From an uncultured Bacteroidota bacterium (GTDB lineage Bacteria; Bacteroidota; Bacteroidia; Chitinophagales; Chitinophagaceae), in NCBI GenBank assembly GCA_902826165.1, contig CADEDV010000006.1, positions 10,270 to 74,269 of the forward strand: a stretch of DNA of 64,000 nucleotides, given 5' to 3'. The translations under genes and the position numbers were made by a program. The notes beneath the pieces were generated by a model, which was not told the DNA's origin, did not search any database, and saw only the letters and a program-made list of their open reading frames with translations. Positions 19,477 through 28,845 of the stretch are shown here, in pieces. The number at the start of each line of letters is the position of its first letter. Position 1 is the stretch's first letter.

Positions 19477-21465
19477 TTATAAATTTATAATATGTGCAGT
19501 ACCGCCTGTTTCCGTCACGAGGAGCCGTTTACCGTCATTTGAAAAGGAAACGGTATACAGCTCATGTTCAAAACCAAACAACGTCAGCGTATTGATACCT
19601 TTTTCAACATCCCAGAATCGTAGTGTACGATCGTAGGATGCTGTAACGGCGATTGGTAAAGAAGGATGAAAAGCAGCACCATACACCCATTTGGTATGGC
19701 CTTTCAACGAAAGGCTTTTTTTCTTTTTCAAATTCCAGGCAAAGACCTCTGCATTACCACTGGTAAGCAAATAGTTTCCATCTGCAGATGCAGCCATATT
19801 GAATATGGTTGTACCACTTTGCAGGCTGTCAGTAATCGACCAATTTTCTGATGATATAATTTTAATTTTCCCGTCCACACAGCCTGCGTAAATATGTTTA
19901 CCGTCAGGAGAAAATTTAACGGTAAAAGGATTACCGGTATTTGAAACAATTTTATAAGCTGTAGTGTCTGTAGTATTCCAAAAACGAATGGTATTATCGG
20001 CAGCTGTTACAAACAGGTCGAGTTTTCTATTGTAATCCATTCCGTAAATAATGCCTGAATGCCCTTTTCCGGTTATTTGCCGTTTACCCGTTGTTGTGTT
20101 GTAGATAATGAGATTTCTATAGCCCGTTGCCAGATATTGCCCATCAGAAGAAAAGGCGGCAGCAAAAGCAGAAAGACTGTCTAAAAATAACATCGGCTTA
20201 CCGCTACTCATGCTGTATAATGCAAGGTGCCTGTCGCTATTCACAGGGGCCATCCATTTTCTATCTGGGGAAACAGGAGCATTCCATGGGCCTATCACAC
20301 TTGCCCTGAAACTCATTTCCCCGGGAGCTCTTATATCCCAGATTTTAATAGTATTATCAGCAGAAGTAGTATAAATTTTAGTACCGTCAGGATGCCAGGT
20401 AAGCTGGTTAATGCCGGCAAGATGACCCCTGAATGTAAGCAGGTTCCTTCCAGTACTTGTTTCCCATACTTTCAGCAGCCCATCATCGCTGACGCTGGCA
20501 AAACTTAATCCATCGGGAGAAAAACGGGTACCATTCACCCATTCTTTATGTCCCAGCCACGATTCAATAACATACATCAATTTGCCATCCAGAGTATTCA
20601 GCATTCTTATTTTATTATCCTTTCCGCCCTGCACAACATATTTATTATCCGGGCTCACATCCATGCTTTGTACTGCAGTATAATAATCAAATTCCCGCAT
20701 GTCGTAATTCCAGTCGGTGCCTCCAGATACGAGATCATGCTGCTTGATTTGAAAACCCCATGTACCCGTATACAATTTCTTATTATCAGCAGAGAATTTT
20801 ACTGCCGAGGCCGGATGATCGTCTGTATCAAAGCGCTTTATTAAAGCACCGGTTTGTACATCCAGTACTTTTGCAAAACCCTGTACCCCTTTGGCGCCTC
20901 TTTCCCAGGATACAACTCCAAGCATTTTACCATCCGTGCTGAACTTACATTGGTAAATACCCTGTTTAAATTCGCTATTGTAATTCCGGGTTTCATTCCC
21001 GGTTGCCACATCCCATAAGCGGAGTGATTTATCTGTTGATCCGCTTACCAGAAATTTTCCATCAGGTGAAAAATCGAGGGTGGTTACCTGTCCCTTGTGT
21101 AATTCAATTTTCCGGATCAGCTGGTAAGTATTCGCATCCCAAATGATGATAGCATTATCTGCAGACCCGGTAGCCAGCAACTTGCCATCTTTACTCACTG
21201 CAATACTCACCACTGTCTTGCTATGCCCGGTTATGGTATATACACTCCGGTCGGTTCTTGCATATAACAGTTCCCATTCAAATGTTCTTTTTCCGGCAGG
21301 AACAGCTAATAATATTCTTTGGGCTTCGCCTGTCTGGTTATGCCGATAATAGGCTTCCGCTGTTTTTAGCCGGGTGAGGTAAAGCTCATCAATTTCCTTT
21401 TTCTTTTGGGCTGTGGAGAATAACGGGCAAAGTGAGAATATCAGTATTAAAAAACTATATCGCAT
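19477..21465 (-). CDS. secreted WD40-repeat protein (double beta-propeller) with an N-terminal TPR-like segment
   Basis: 662 aa with a signal peptide and more than 12 WD40-like units (e.g. GHSKTVVSIAVSKDGKLLATGSADNAIIIWD, SLRLWDV, TIKIWDI, TLRFWDV). Confidence 0.85.
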   Translation of the reverse strand: MRYSFLILIFSLCPLFSTAQKKKEIDELYLTRLKTAEAYYRHNQTGEAQRILLAVPAGKRTFEWELLYARTDRSVYTITGHSKTVVSIAVSKDGKLLATGSADNAIIIWDANTYQLIRKIELHKGQVTTLDFSPDGKFLVSGSTDKSLRLWDVATGNETRNYNSEFKQGIYQCKFSTDGKMLGVVSWERGAKGVQGFAKVLDVQTGALIKRFDTDDHPASAVKFSADNKKLYTGTWGFQIKQHDLVSGGTDWNYDMREFDYYTAVQSMDVSPDNKYVVQGGKDNKIRMLNTLDGKLMYVIESWLGHKEWVNGTRFSPDGLSFASVSDDGLLKVWETSTGRNLLTFRGHLAGINQLTWHPDGTKIYTTSADNTIKIWDIRAPGEMSFRASVIGPWNAPVSPDRKWMAPVNSDRHLALYSMSSGKPMLFLDSLSAFAAAFSSDGQYLATGYRNLIIYNTTTGKRQITGKGHSGIIYGMDYNRKLDLFVTAADNTIRFWNTTDTTAYKIVSNTGNPFTVKFSPDGKHIYAGCVDGKIKIISSENWSITDSLQSGTTIFNMAASADGNYLLTSGNAEVFAWNLKKKKSLSLKGHTKWVYGAAFHPSLPIAVTASYDRTLRFWDVEKGINTLTLFGFEHELYTVSFSNDGKRLLVTETGGTAHIINL

Positions 21466-21466
21466 A

Positions 21467-22408
21467 CTATTTCATTGAAATAAAAAAAGGCTGCACTTTT
21501 CTTCTCCAGTCATTGGTGAGCTGCCGGAGATTTGTACCATCAGCATTAATGAGATAAATATCATTGTTCCTCATTCCTTTCTTTCTGCCAGTAAAGGCGA
21601 TTTGTTTTCCATCAGGAGAAAAGCTGCAGGAGGTCTGATCGATATTATCTGTTCTTATTAATGGTTTAATTTCACTGCCATCCATATTCATCACCATCAG
21701 CCGGTAAGCACCTTCCCAAAACCCTGAAAAAACGATCCGTCCGTCAGGGGCGATAAGGGGGCTGCTGGCCCGTAACACATTGGCTGTTGTATCAGGGTTA
21801 TAGGTAAGTCTCTTCAGGCCGGTTCCGTCAGTATTGATGCTATAAATCTCAAACTCTGCCCAGCTTTTGGGATTCCTGTCCCTGTTACTTCGAAAGATTA
21901 TTTTACTGTCATCGGGAGCAAAAACAGGTTCAAGGTCAATAGCTGTATCATTGGTAACTTGTTTTTTTATAGAGCCATCTTCATTGAACAAAAAAATATC
22001 GTATTGTAATTTTGCAGCCCCGGGAGGTTTGTGGGAAAAACCAGCAGTATATAAATTCAGTTTACTGCTGAAATCAATATCCTGGTACAAGCCCCTGGCA
22101 TCAAAAAGAAATTTTTCTTCCTTCGTTTTTATATCATAGTTGTATAATCCGGGTTGTTTCCCTGAACTGTCCTTACCTACCTGGAACCAATATTTGGATC
22201 CTGAAGCCATTACCATCCAGCCGGAACCTGAATAATCAATGATTGATTTATCCCTTTTGCCATTCATCTTCATCAGGTGAATAGAATTTTCAGCAGTTAC
22301 CGTATCATGCCAAAGCACATAGGCAATTCTCCAGTTTTTTTCCTGTGAAAACGTAACCTGTACTATCAGTAATAAAAAAGCCGTTAGTAGATTTCTCATT
22401 ATAAACAT
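21467..22408 (-). CDS. secreted TolB-like (PD40) beta-propeller protein
   Basis: 313 aa with a signal peptide and repeated PD40-type motifs (FAPDDSKIIFRS, SPDGKQIAFT, IYLINADGTNLRQLT). Its stop lies 1 nt from the WD40 gene start. Confidence 0.75.
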   Translation of the reverse strand: MFIMRNLLTAFLLLIVQVTFSQEKNWRIAYVLWHDTVTAENSIHLMKMNGKRDKSIIDYSGSGWMVMASGSKYWFQVGKDSSGKQPGLYNYDIKTKEEKFLFDARGLYQDIDFSSKLNLYTAGFSHKPPGAAKLQYDIFLFNEDGSIKKQVTNDTAIDLEPVFAPDDSKIIFRSNRDRNPKSWAEFEIYSINTDGTGLKRLTYNPDTTANVLRASSPLIAPDGRIVFSGFWEGAYRLMVMNMDGSEIKPLIRTDNIDQTSCSFSPDGKQIAFTGRKKGMRNNDIYLINADGTNLRQLTNDWRRKVQPFFISMK

Positions 22409-22423
22409 AATGCAACCCCATTT

Positions 22424-22993
22424 TTAACCTGCCTGCTCATACGCCTGCTTTATCCAGTCAAATAATTCTTTTCCGATCAATTTTTCGTCTTCTACTTTAA
22501 TCCGGTGAGTACACATGGCATTCCAGCTTCCAGCGGCAGTGGCCATCCCAGACGGAGCCACTCCTTTAATATTTAATCCCACATCTAACCGGTCTTTGGT
22601 AGAGGGTTGAATCAGTGCAAATTGTTTTTTTCTCCTCAAGCTGACATAGGCTTTCTTTGGCGCCATTTCTACATCTTTTCCCAGCTTGTTTACTTCGGAC
22701 ATTATTTTATCATACCAGGGCTTCAGGTTTTCTTTGCCTTTGTATTGCTCCGCAATCCAATCGGTATCATTCTCCGGGGCGCCAGCATGAGATTGTTTGG
22801 CAAAATGTACAATCGTGTTTGCATTGCCATGGGTAAAGCCGTGTTTTTCTTTTAAGAAAATAACCAACTCCCCATGCTTAGTAAACCCGGATTTATTGAC
22901 GATGTCAATCCATTGTTGCAGTGTCTTGCCGGTATTTTTTTCAATATTGGCTATCTGGGTTTGAATGGCCTTATCAATTGATTCGTTAGTCAT
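22424..22993 (-). CDS. DUF4287/DUF5655-like protein
   Basis: 189 aa. The N-terminal IEKNTGKTLQQWIDIV...KHGELV..LK..HG..HG.AN resembles DUF4287. Assignment is from memory. Confidence 0.55.
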   Translation of the reverse strand: MTNESIDKAIQTQIANIEKNTGKTLQQWIDIVNKSGFTKHGELVIFLKEKHGFTHGNANTIVHFAKQSHAGAPENDTDWIAEQYKGKENLKPWYDKIMSEVNKLGKDVEMAPKKAYVSLRRKKQFALIQPSTKDRLDVGLNIKGVAPSGMATAAGSWNAMCTHRIKVEDEKLIGKELFDWIKQAYEQAG

Positions 22994-23007
22994 AAATAAT
23001 TTTAGCT

Positions 23008-23394
23008 TTAGTCACATTTATTTACTGCAATGCCATAAGGGTAAACCTTTGCAAGCATTATTTTATTTTTTACCGCCGGGTCATCCATCATAAATTGTAA
23101 AGCTTCTTTCTCATCCTTTGCATAGAAAATAACCAGTCCTTTCATGTCTGGATCACTCAGAGGAAGTTCCATTCTGCCGGCCAGTACCACAATGCCAGTT
23201 GTTTTCATTTTCATAAGTCGCTGAAAATGCTCTCCGACAACTGCCTGATCCTGCTGTGTCCAATTAGATTCCGTTTTAAATTTTTCTGCCAGGGTGAGTA
23301 CACCCAGCCACTCTTTGGGTTTTGTTTTAGTGCTGTCCTGAGCCAAAGATTGAAAGCTAATAAAAAGCGTAGTGATAAAGATTAAATTTCTCAT
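23008..23394 (-). CDS. secreted YciI-like protein
   Basis: 128 aa with a signal peptide. The H...L.......G....AG.....L.....DDP layout resembles the YCII family. Support is weak. Confidence 0.45.
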   Translation of the reverse strand: MRNLIFITTLFISFQSLAQDSTKTKPKEWLGVLTLAEKFKTESNWTQQDQAVVGEHFQRLMKMKTTGIVVLAGRMELPLSDPDMKGLVIFYAKDEKEALQFMMDDPAVKNKIMLAKVYPYGIAVNKCD

Positions 23395-23401
23395 TGTCCT
23401 G

Positions 23402-23872
23402 TTATTTTTTCTTCCGGCTGTCTTTCAGGTTGGTTTCATACATTTCAATCCAGCTTTCTACCGTTATTTTAGAAGCCAGTTCCCCAATTACATCAAACGG
23501 AATGTCTTCCACTTTTTTATAGCGGATGCAGCTTTTACCCATATCTAATTTTTTGGGTGATGCTTTAGCATGTGCCTCCTGGAACCATTTCAGCAGTTTG
23601 GGATCCGCATAGATACCCATATGGTAAAGATTAATGGAATTCTTCTGTGAAGCAAGTCCCATAAACGGAAGCGGGTCCTTTGGATTGCAATGATAACCGG
23701 CCGGGTAAATACTGTGCGGCACACTCCAGCCCATCATGCCATATCCCATTCCCTCCTGAAAACCTTTAGGTAAATTTTTTTTAATTACTGACCGAAGTTT
23801 TGCTATGGCCTTCTGCCTGTCTTCTGGTAATTCGGCCAGGTAAGTATCTACGGTTGCCGCTTTCGATTGCAT
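23402..23872 (-). CDS. DUF1801-like protein
   Basis: 156 aa. The N-terminal VDTYLAELPEDRQKAIAKLRSVI is typical of the YdhG/DUF1801 family. Confidence 0.6.
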   Translation of the reverse strand: MQSKAATVDTYLAELPEDRQKAIAKLRSVIKKNLPKGFQEGMGYGMMGWSVPHSIYPAGYHCNPKDPLPFMGLASQKNSINLYHMGIYADPKLLKWFQEAHAKASPKKLDMGKSCIRYKKVEDIPFDVIGELASKITVESWIEMYETNLKDSRKKK

Positions 23873-23920
23873 AACAAAAAATTTAGAAACTTAAAGTACA
23901 AAAAAAGCCAGATCAATCTC

Positions 23921-24268
23921 TCACTTCTTTTTCCTCCTTGTCGCCCTGGCAATCTTGTTATACTCAAGGGCATGGTTGATCCAGTATTCCAGTTTTCTTT
24001 TGGTATTGAGTTCGTCAATATCTACAAAAACAAATCCTTTCATGACTTTCCCGGTAAAATCCATTGGTCTGCACCCTTTTTTTTTCATTACCTCATCAAA
24101 CTTAGCGGGATCAAGCCGCACCATCAATCGGTCCTTTTCAACACCCACACACATTTTTTCATTGACCATAAAACATAGACCACCAAACATTCGTTTCTCC
24201 TCCACATTTACTTGTGTCAGAGAAATCATCTCCCTTACCCGGTCAGCTAAATTCTCATTATAACTCAT
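23921..24268 (-). CDS. TfoX N-terminal-domain protein
   Basis: 115 aa. LADRVRE......V.EKRMFGGLCFMVN.KMC.GV resembles the TfoX_N domain. Confidence 0.65.
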   Translation of the reverse strand: MSYNENLADRVREMISLTQVNVEEKRMFGGLCFMVNEKMCVGVEKDRLMVRLDPAKFDEVMKKKGCRPMDFTGKVMKGFVFVDIDELNTKRKLEYWINHALEYNKIARATRRKKK

Positions 24269-24271
24269 CTT

Positions 24272-24775
24272 TCAGGAATTAAGTACTTGCTGAAGATTTT
24301 CATTTTTATTCCGCAGATCAATACCCCCTTCATATAATGATTTCATATTAGCCAGGTAAAAGGTCCAGCCTGTTTTGCAGCCTACATGCCATGTAAGTCT
24401 TCCGCTTTCATCATCCGGGATATTTTCCTGTGCCAATTCCACGATATTCTCTTCATTTTCTTTATAAATTCTGACAGAACAATTGCCGGCTTTTCCAAAA
24501 CTAAATTGAATAAAATCCTGCCCGTTGCAATCGAGAATAGTACCATACTCAGTTGTTTCATCAGGCCATCCATGCCAACGCCAGGTATAACTGTCTCCTT
24601 TAGCAACCCGCTCCTTATTTCCCCTTATGATACTATCTGGTGTTTTATACTCAGATAATCGCAGGAACCAATATTCCATCCCTGAACGGGTAGCCCATGC
24701 ATCATAGAGCTCTTTTCCTGCTGCATTGATATTGATGCGGATGATAAAACGGCTCCAATCTGTGGTAGTTGCCAT
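24272..24775 (-). CDS. SRPBCC-superfamily protein (AHSA1/START-like)
   Basis: 167 aa. Pattern I.I.A....LYDAW......YWF......G..Y.W.W resembles the activator-of-Hsp90-ATPase-homolog-like domain. Confidence 0.6.
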   Translation of the reverse strand: MATTTDWSRFIIRININAAGKELYDAWATRSGMEYWFLRLSEYKTPDSIIRGNKERVAKGDSYTWRWHGWPDETTEYGTILDCNGQDFIQFSFGKAGNCSVRIYKENEENIVELAQENIPDDESGRLTWHVGCKTGWTFYLANMKSLYEGGIDLRNKNENLQQVLNS

Positions 24776-24786
24776 AACGTTCCTTT

Positions 24787-25167
24787 TTATTGAGGAATAC
24801 TGTGCAGACCGATACGATTTCCTTCTGTGTCAATGATCACCGCCATATTTCCATACTCCGGGGATATCTCTGTTTTAGGCATCATGATCTTACCCCCGGC
24901 TGCTTCCACTTTATCAAGTATATTTTGCAGATCAGGGTTTCCGTTCAGGTAGATCAGCGGGCCATCTGTTGCGGAAGGCTTGTGAAAACCACCACTATCC
25001 ACCAATGCGCCGCCTACTCCCATCATATCATCTATTGGAAACATTCGCATTTTAATATCAGGCAGATCAAGGGGGTTAAGCTTTATGCCAAATATGGTTT
25101 CGTAAAAAGTAGTAGCCCTGTTAAGATCTGTTGTGCCGATCTCAAACCAGCTGATCGCATTTTTCAT
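24787..25167 (-). CDS. VOC/glyoxalase-family protein
   Basis: 126 aa. WFEIGTTDLNRATTFYETIFG and the C-terminal D.EGN.IGLHS are typical of vicinal-oxygen-chelate fold proteins. Confidence 0.75.
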   Translation of the reverse strand: MKNAISWFEIGTTDLNRATTFYETIFGIKLNPLDLPDIKMRMFPIDDMMGVGGALVDSGGFHKPSATDGPLIYLNGNPDLQNILDKVEAAGGKIMMPKTEISPEYGNMAVIIDTEGNRIGLHSIPQ

Positions 25168-25183
25168 ATTTCTTATTTTAAAT

Positions 25184-25699
25184 TTATAACGGAGTTTTTG
25201 TTTCTTTTAAACCCTTGCTTTGCAGGTATTCCAGTAATTCTCTCGCATCATCTCCTCCCCGCTGTGCATGATGCAGTAAGGTTAATCCATGGGGACCCCT
25301 TGCTGAAAGGTATTCCGGGAATAGCTCGAGGTAGGGTTTTACCACCTGTGTTTTACCCAACATCGTGAGCACAAACATGTTTGCCCTGGCTCCCAGCCTG
25401 ATCAGGTAGTTAGCAATCTCTTTATTCCCCACATGCCCTGCTCCTTCTACTGCAGTTTCAAAATCCCCGCCACCCAGGTCCCATGTTGCATATAGCAAAG
25501 TGGGGAATTCTGCCAACATGGATTTTACTTTCTCCAGGTTATTATGCCCGGCGCCTACAAATTCTTTTACTTTTTCAGCAGGGAGTGGGTCTGCCTTTGA
25601 CGCTATTGCCATTTGCTGTGCCGGCAACCAGCCAGGGACAGTAATGATACCAGCTGTACTTAAAGCAGCTTTTGTAAGAAAGTTTTTTCGGTTCATCAT
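25184..25699 (-). CDS. exported ankyrin-repeat protein
   Basis: 171 aa. N-terminal Tat-like/Sec signal (NRKNFLTKAALSTAGI) followed by ankyrin-type repeats (AVEGAGHVGNKEIANYLIRLGA, LTLLHHAQRGGDD). Confidence 0.6.
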   Translation of the reverse strand: MMNRKNFLTKAALSTAGIITVPGWLPAQQMAIASKADPLPAEKVKEFVGAGHNNLEKVKSMLAEFPTLLYATWDLGGGDFETAVEGAGHVGNKEIANYLIRLGARANMFVLTMLGKTQVVKPYLELFPEYLSARGPHGLTLLHHAQRGGDDARELLEYLQSKGLKETKTPL

Positions 25700-25765
25700 T
25701 TTTTCTTTTAAGTTCCGAAAAACTAAAGACAGATATCAACCGCCTGTCATATTAAGTAGACTATT

Positions 25766-26296
25766 TTACTGAGCCGCTGGCTTTTTCCGCCTGTACTCCA
25801 GGTCGTATTCAGTGACCCAACTCATTCCATTATCCTTTGATATTTCACCCAACTGCCTGACTTTATTCATATCAAGATCAAAAAAAGTTAGCCGGCGAAT
25901 AGCCAGTGTGTCCCTGGAAAAAGAAAAGGGTTTTGTTAGCAAAATGATCCTTTTGTTATCAAATTTTCCTTCCAGGTATTCAGTACTCCCGCCTGTATTA
26001 TCCACCCAGGTCTGTTGCCATTGTTTTGTAACGGCATTATAGGTATTAAAGCTCTTCCCGGCAAAACGCAGACCACGATTAACCGAGGCGCTGGTCCATT
26101 CTTCCAGTATGATACAGCTATCAAGCACCAGGCTTATTTTGCTATCGCCTGCTTTTTGCCCATTCTTTCCAAACGCCTCCCATTCACCTATCCAGAAATC
26201 AAACTGCCGGTAAACAGGGTTACTGCAGGGAAGCTGTTGCGCAGCCATCGTTTTTACAAGACAAAAGGCCACAATTAGGAGAATAAAATTTTTCAT
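25766..26296 (-). CDS. secreted hypothetical protein
   Basis: Signal peptide begins at MKNFILLIVAF (ATG 26296). The F.FWIGEWE motif suggests a DUF1579/lipocalin-like fold. Support is weak. Confidence 0.5.
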   Translation of the reverse strand: MKNFILLIVAFCLVKTMAAQQLPCSNPVYRQFDFWIGEWEAFGKNGQKAGDSKISLVLDSCIILEEWTSASVNRGLRFAGKSFNTYNAVTKQWQQTWVDNTGGSTEYLEGKFDNKRIILLTKPFSFSRDTLAIRRLTFFDLDMNKVRQLGEISKDNGMSWVTEYDLEYRRKKPAAQ

Positions 26297-26351
26297 ATTT
26301 TTTACATAAAGACCGCTACACAGTTGATTTTGCTGGTTCATTTATCCCTGA

Positions 26352-26786
26352 TTATCGCCATACACCAATAATAGCCCCCATAAGTGTTAATGCCACTAAC
26401 AGGTAACCACCATTAATAAATATATAGCTCGCTGACTTATGTTCAAATAAACCAACAATAGCGATACCACAAAATGGCCAGATACCAGAGAGAAAACCAG
26501 CAATAGCTCCCCAGGTAATATCGGTTTTTTGAGCACAGTTCCCTGTACATTCGGCTGGTGTATCTGCAAGATACATGGCCAGGTTAACTGCCATAAGTAA
26601 TGACAGTATAAAAGCGATGCCGTAGATTTTCGTGGCATTACCCTTTTTTACATCCTCTACCGTCATCCTGTTCTCACTCATCCAGGCATTACCAAATAAG
26701 GCAGGAGAATACCAAACGCCACCCAATACAAATGCAGAGATACCGGCTACTAATACAGCCAACCAGTTAATTGAAGACATGTCCAT
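26352..26786 (-). CDS. DUF1761-like membrane protein
   Basis: 144 aa with 4 TM helices. INWLAVLVAGISAFVLGGVWYSPALFGNAWM is typical of DUF1761. Confidence 0.6.
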   Translation of the reverse strand: MDMSSINWLAVLVAGISAFVLGGVWYSPALFGNAWMSENRMTVEDVKKGNATKIYGIAFILSLLMAVNLAMYLADTPAECTGNCAQKTDITWGAIAGFLSGIWPFCGIAIVGLFEHKSASYIFINGGYLLVALTLMGAIIGVWR

Positions 26787-26877
26787 AATAAGTGCTTTAG
26801 TTTATAACAGATGTTGTGATTCTAAACTAATTTCTAAACTTTACAGCACAAACGAAAGGCGAACCAAGCCGAAAAAA

Positions 26878-27948
26878 ATGCCGATAAAGGCCAGCAGTAT
26901 AGCGACAAAGCTTTTCAGCCAGCGGGAAAAGATAAATGATCTGGGTATCCGGGTCATCCTGGTTCCGTTCTTTGGTATAGCCATTCCACTGATTACCCGC
27001 ATGGTGCCGCATAACCAATTTACCAACTGGGAGATAAAATTTTCTTACCTCTACACTATCCTGATAGCGTTTGTGATTTATGAAGGGTCAAGGTTTTTAC
27101 ACTTCACACTGCGTACTTATTTTGACTGGTTTAATAAGCCGGTAAAAAAGATCGTCGCCCTTGTCATAACAATCCCCTTCTATTGTGTGCCTGTCAGTAT
27201 GCTGATGCTCGTGGGCTGGTACCATTTGTTCATGAATGGCATTGTTGACTGGAAAACTGTAAAACTCACTTCGTTGATTATTTTAATTGCTGTTTTCTTC
27301 CTGGTGAATCTTTATGAGACTGTCTTCCTCATCAGGGATTTAGCGAATGACCGGGTAACACAGGAACAACTGGAAAGAGCAAAAGCAGAAGCGGAGCTGG
27401 AGGCGCTTAAAAACCAGATCGACCCTCATTTTATTTTCAATTCGCTGAATACTCTCAGCCATTTGATTGATGATAAGCCTGAAAAGGCCCGGTTGTTTAA
27501 TGATAATCTTGCAGATGTCTATCGTTATATTCTACAAAACAAAGCCCGGGATTTAGTGCTACTCCGGGAAGAAGTCAATTTCCTGGAAAGTTATTTCCTT
27601 TTATTAAAGATTCGCTTTGAAAATGCTGTACAAATGCAAATAACAATACCTGAAGAAGCTATGGACCAATACCTGGTACCGCCCATTTCCCTGCAAATCC
27701 TGGCAGAAAATGCGATTAAGCACAATGAATTTTCAGAAGTTACTCCTTTGCTTTTTAAGGTCGAGATAAAAAATGAGGAGCTGATAATACATAACCCGGT
27801 ACGGAAAAAAACATTGCGGAGAGCTTCTTCCAAGATCGGGTTACAAAATCTGAAAGAAAGATATAAGCTGATCACCAACCAGGAAATTATTATTAAAGAA
27901 GAAGAAAATGACTTTACTGTAACATTACCTGTTTTAAAAATTACATAA
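26878..27948 (+). CDS. LytS/YehU-type sensor histidine kinase
   Basis: Membrane N-domain, then H-box LKNQIDPHFIFNSLNTL and N-box ENAIKHN (His_kinase/HATPase). The ORF-track start 26632 overlaps the opposite-strand gene, so the ATG at 26878 is preferred. Confidence 0.85.
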   Translation: MPIKASSIATKLFSQREKINDLGIRVILVPFFGIAIPLITRMVPHNQFTNWEIKFSYLYTILIAFVIYEGSRFLHFTLRTYFDWFNKPVKKIVALVITIPFYCVPVSMLMLVGWYHLFMNGIVDWKTVKLTSLIILIAVFFLVNLYETVFLIRDLANDRVTQEQLERAKAEAELEALKNQIDPHFIFNSLNTLSHLIDDKPEKARLFNDNLADVYRYILQNKARDLVLLREEVNFLESYFLLLKIRFENAVQMQITIPEEAMDQYLVPPISLQILAENAIKHNEFSEVTPLLFKVEIKNEELIIHNPVRKKTLRRASSKIGLQNLKERYKLITNQEIIIKEEENDFTVTLPVLKIT

Positions 27949-27949
27949 T

Positions 27950-28705
27950 ATGCGAGCTGTTATCATTGAAGATGAAAAACCTGCGGCTGAAAAATTAATC
28001 AAGGCCATACAAAAAACTCAATCAGCAATAGAGGTTGTAGCGGTATTAAATAGTATTAAAACATCTGTGGACTGGCTGCAAGAAAACCCAATGCCAGATC
28101 TTTTGTTTATGGACATAGAATTAAGTGATGGTCTTTCATTTAAAATATTTGAAAAAGTAAATATCAGCAGCCCGGTTATTTTCTGCACCGCTTTTGACGA
28201 ATACTGGCAGGAAGCCTTTGAACACAACAGTATTGATTACTTATTAAAGCCAGTAAAGCAGGATAAGCTGGAAACTGCCTTAAATAAATACGATAAATTA
28301 AAACAGCATTTTGCCTCCAGCTTTCAACACCTGATGCAATGGCAGCAGCAACCTGCCGGAACAGGCTACAAAAAAAGATTTCTGGTGAAAAGGGGCGTTG
28401 ATTATATAACAGTCAGAACAGAAGATATTGCTTATTTCTATGCCACTCACAAGCTGGTTTGTATGGTCGATAATAAAAACCAGAAATTTATTCTGGACCA
28501 ATCACTGGCAGATATTGAAAAACAATTGGATCCTTTACAATTTTACCGGGTCAACAGGAAATACCTGGTACAGCTTACCGCTATCAAAAAGATCAAAACC
28601 TATCCAAAGAGTAAACTACAACTGGAAATAGAGCCGGTTGTTAATGAAGAGGTGATCGTAAGCCAGGAAAATGTATCGGCTTTCAAAGAATGGATGGGTA
28701 GTTGA
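27950..28705 (+). CDS. LytTR-family response regulator
   Basis: Receiver domain (IIEDE, phospho-acceptor in LLFMDIELSD, LLKP) plus a C-terminal LytTR DNA-binding domain (FYRVNRKYLV). Confidence 0.9.
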   Translation: MRAVIIEDEKPAAEKLIKAIQKTQSAIEVVAVLNSIKTSVDWLQENPMPDLLFMDIELSDGLSFKIFEKVNISSPVIFCTAFDEYWQEAFEHNSIDYLLKPVKQDKLETALNKYDKLKQHFASSFQHLMQWQQQPAGTGYKKRFLVKRGVDYITVRTEDIAYFYATHKLVCMVDNKNQKFILDQSLADIEKQLDPLQFYRVNRKYLVQLTAIKKIKTYPKSKLQLEIEPVVNEEVIVSQENVSAFKEWMGS

Positions 28706-28845
28706 ACTATAAATGTGTTAATGATGCACACTTATATAAGTTCCACACGGGGAATTAGCCATATTTCAATCCGCTGAAAAGAATAATTCACCAACGAGCT
28801 TGTGTAATTTTTTTACCGGCATCATCTATAGGCAAATACTTGCTT

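Noticed and set aside
26632-26877. N-terminal extension of the histidine kinase ORF (ORF-track start 26632)
   Set aside because: The extension overlaps the opposite-strand DUF1761-like gene and has no membrane or kinase features. The ATG at 26878 precedes the first TM helix.
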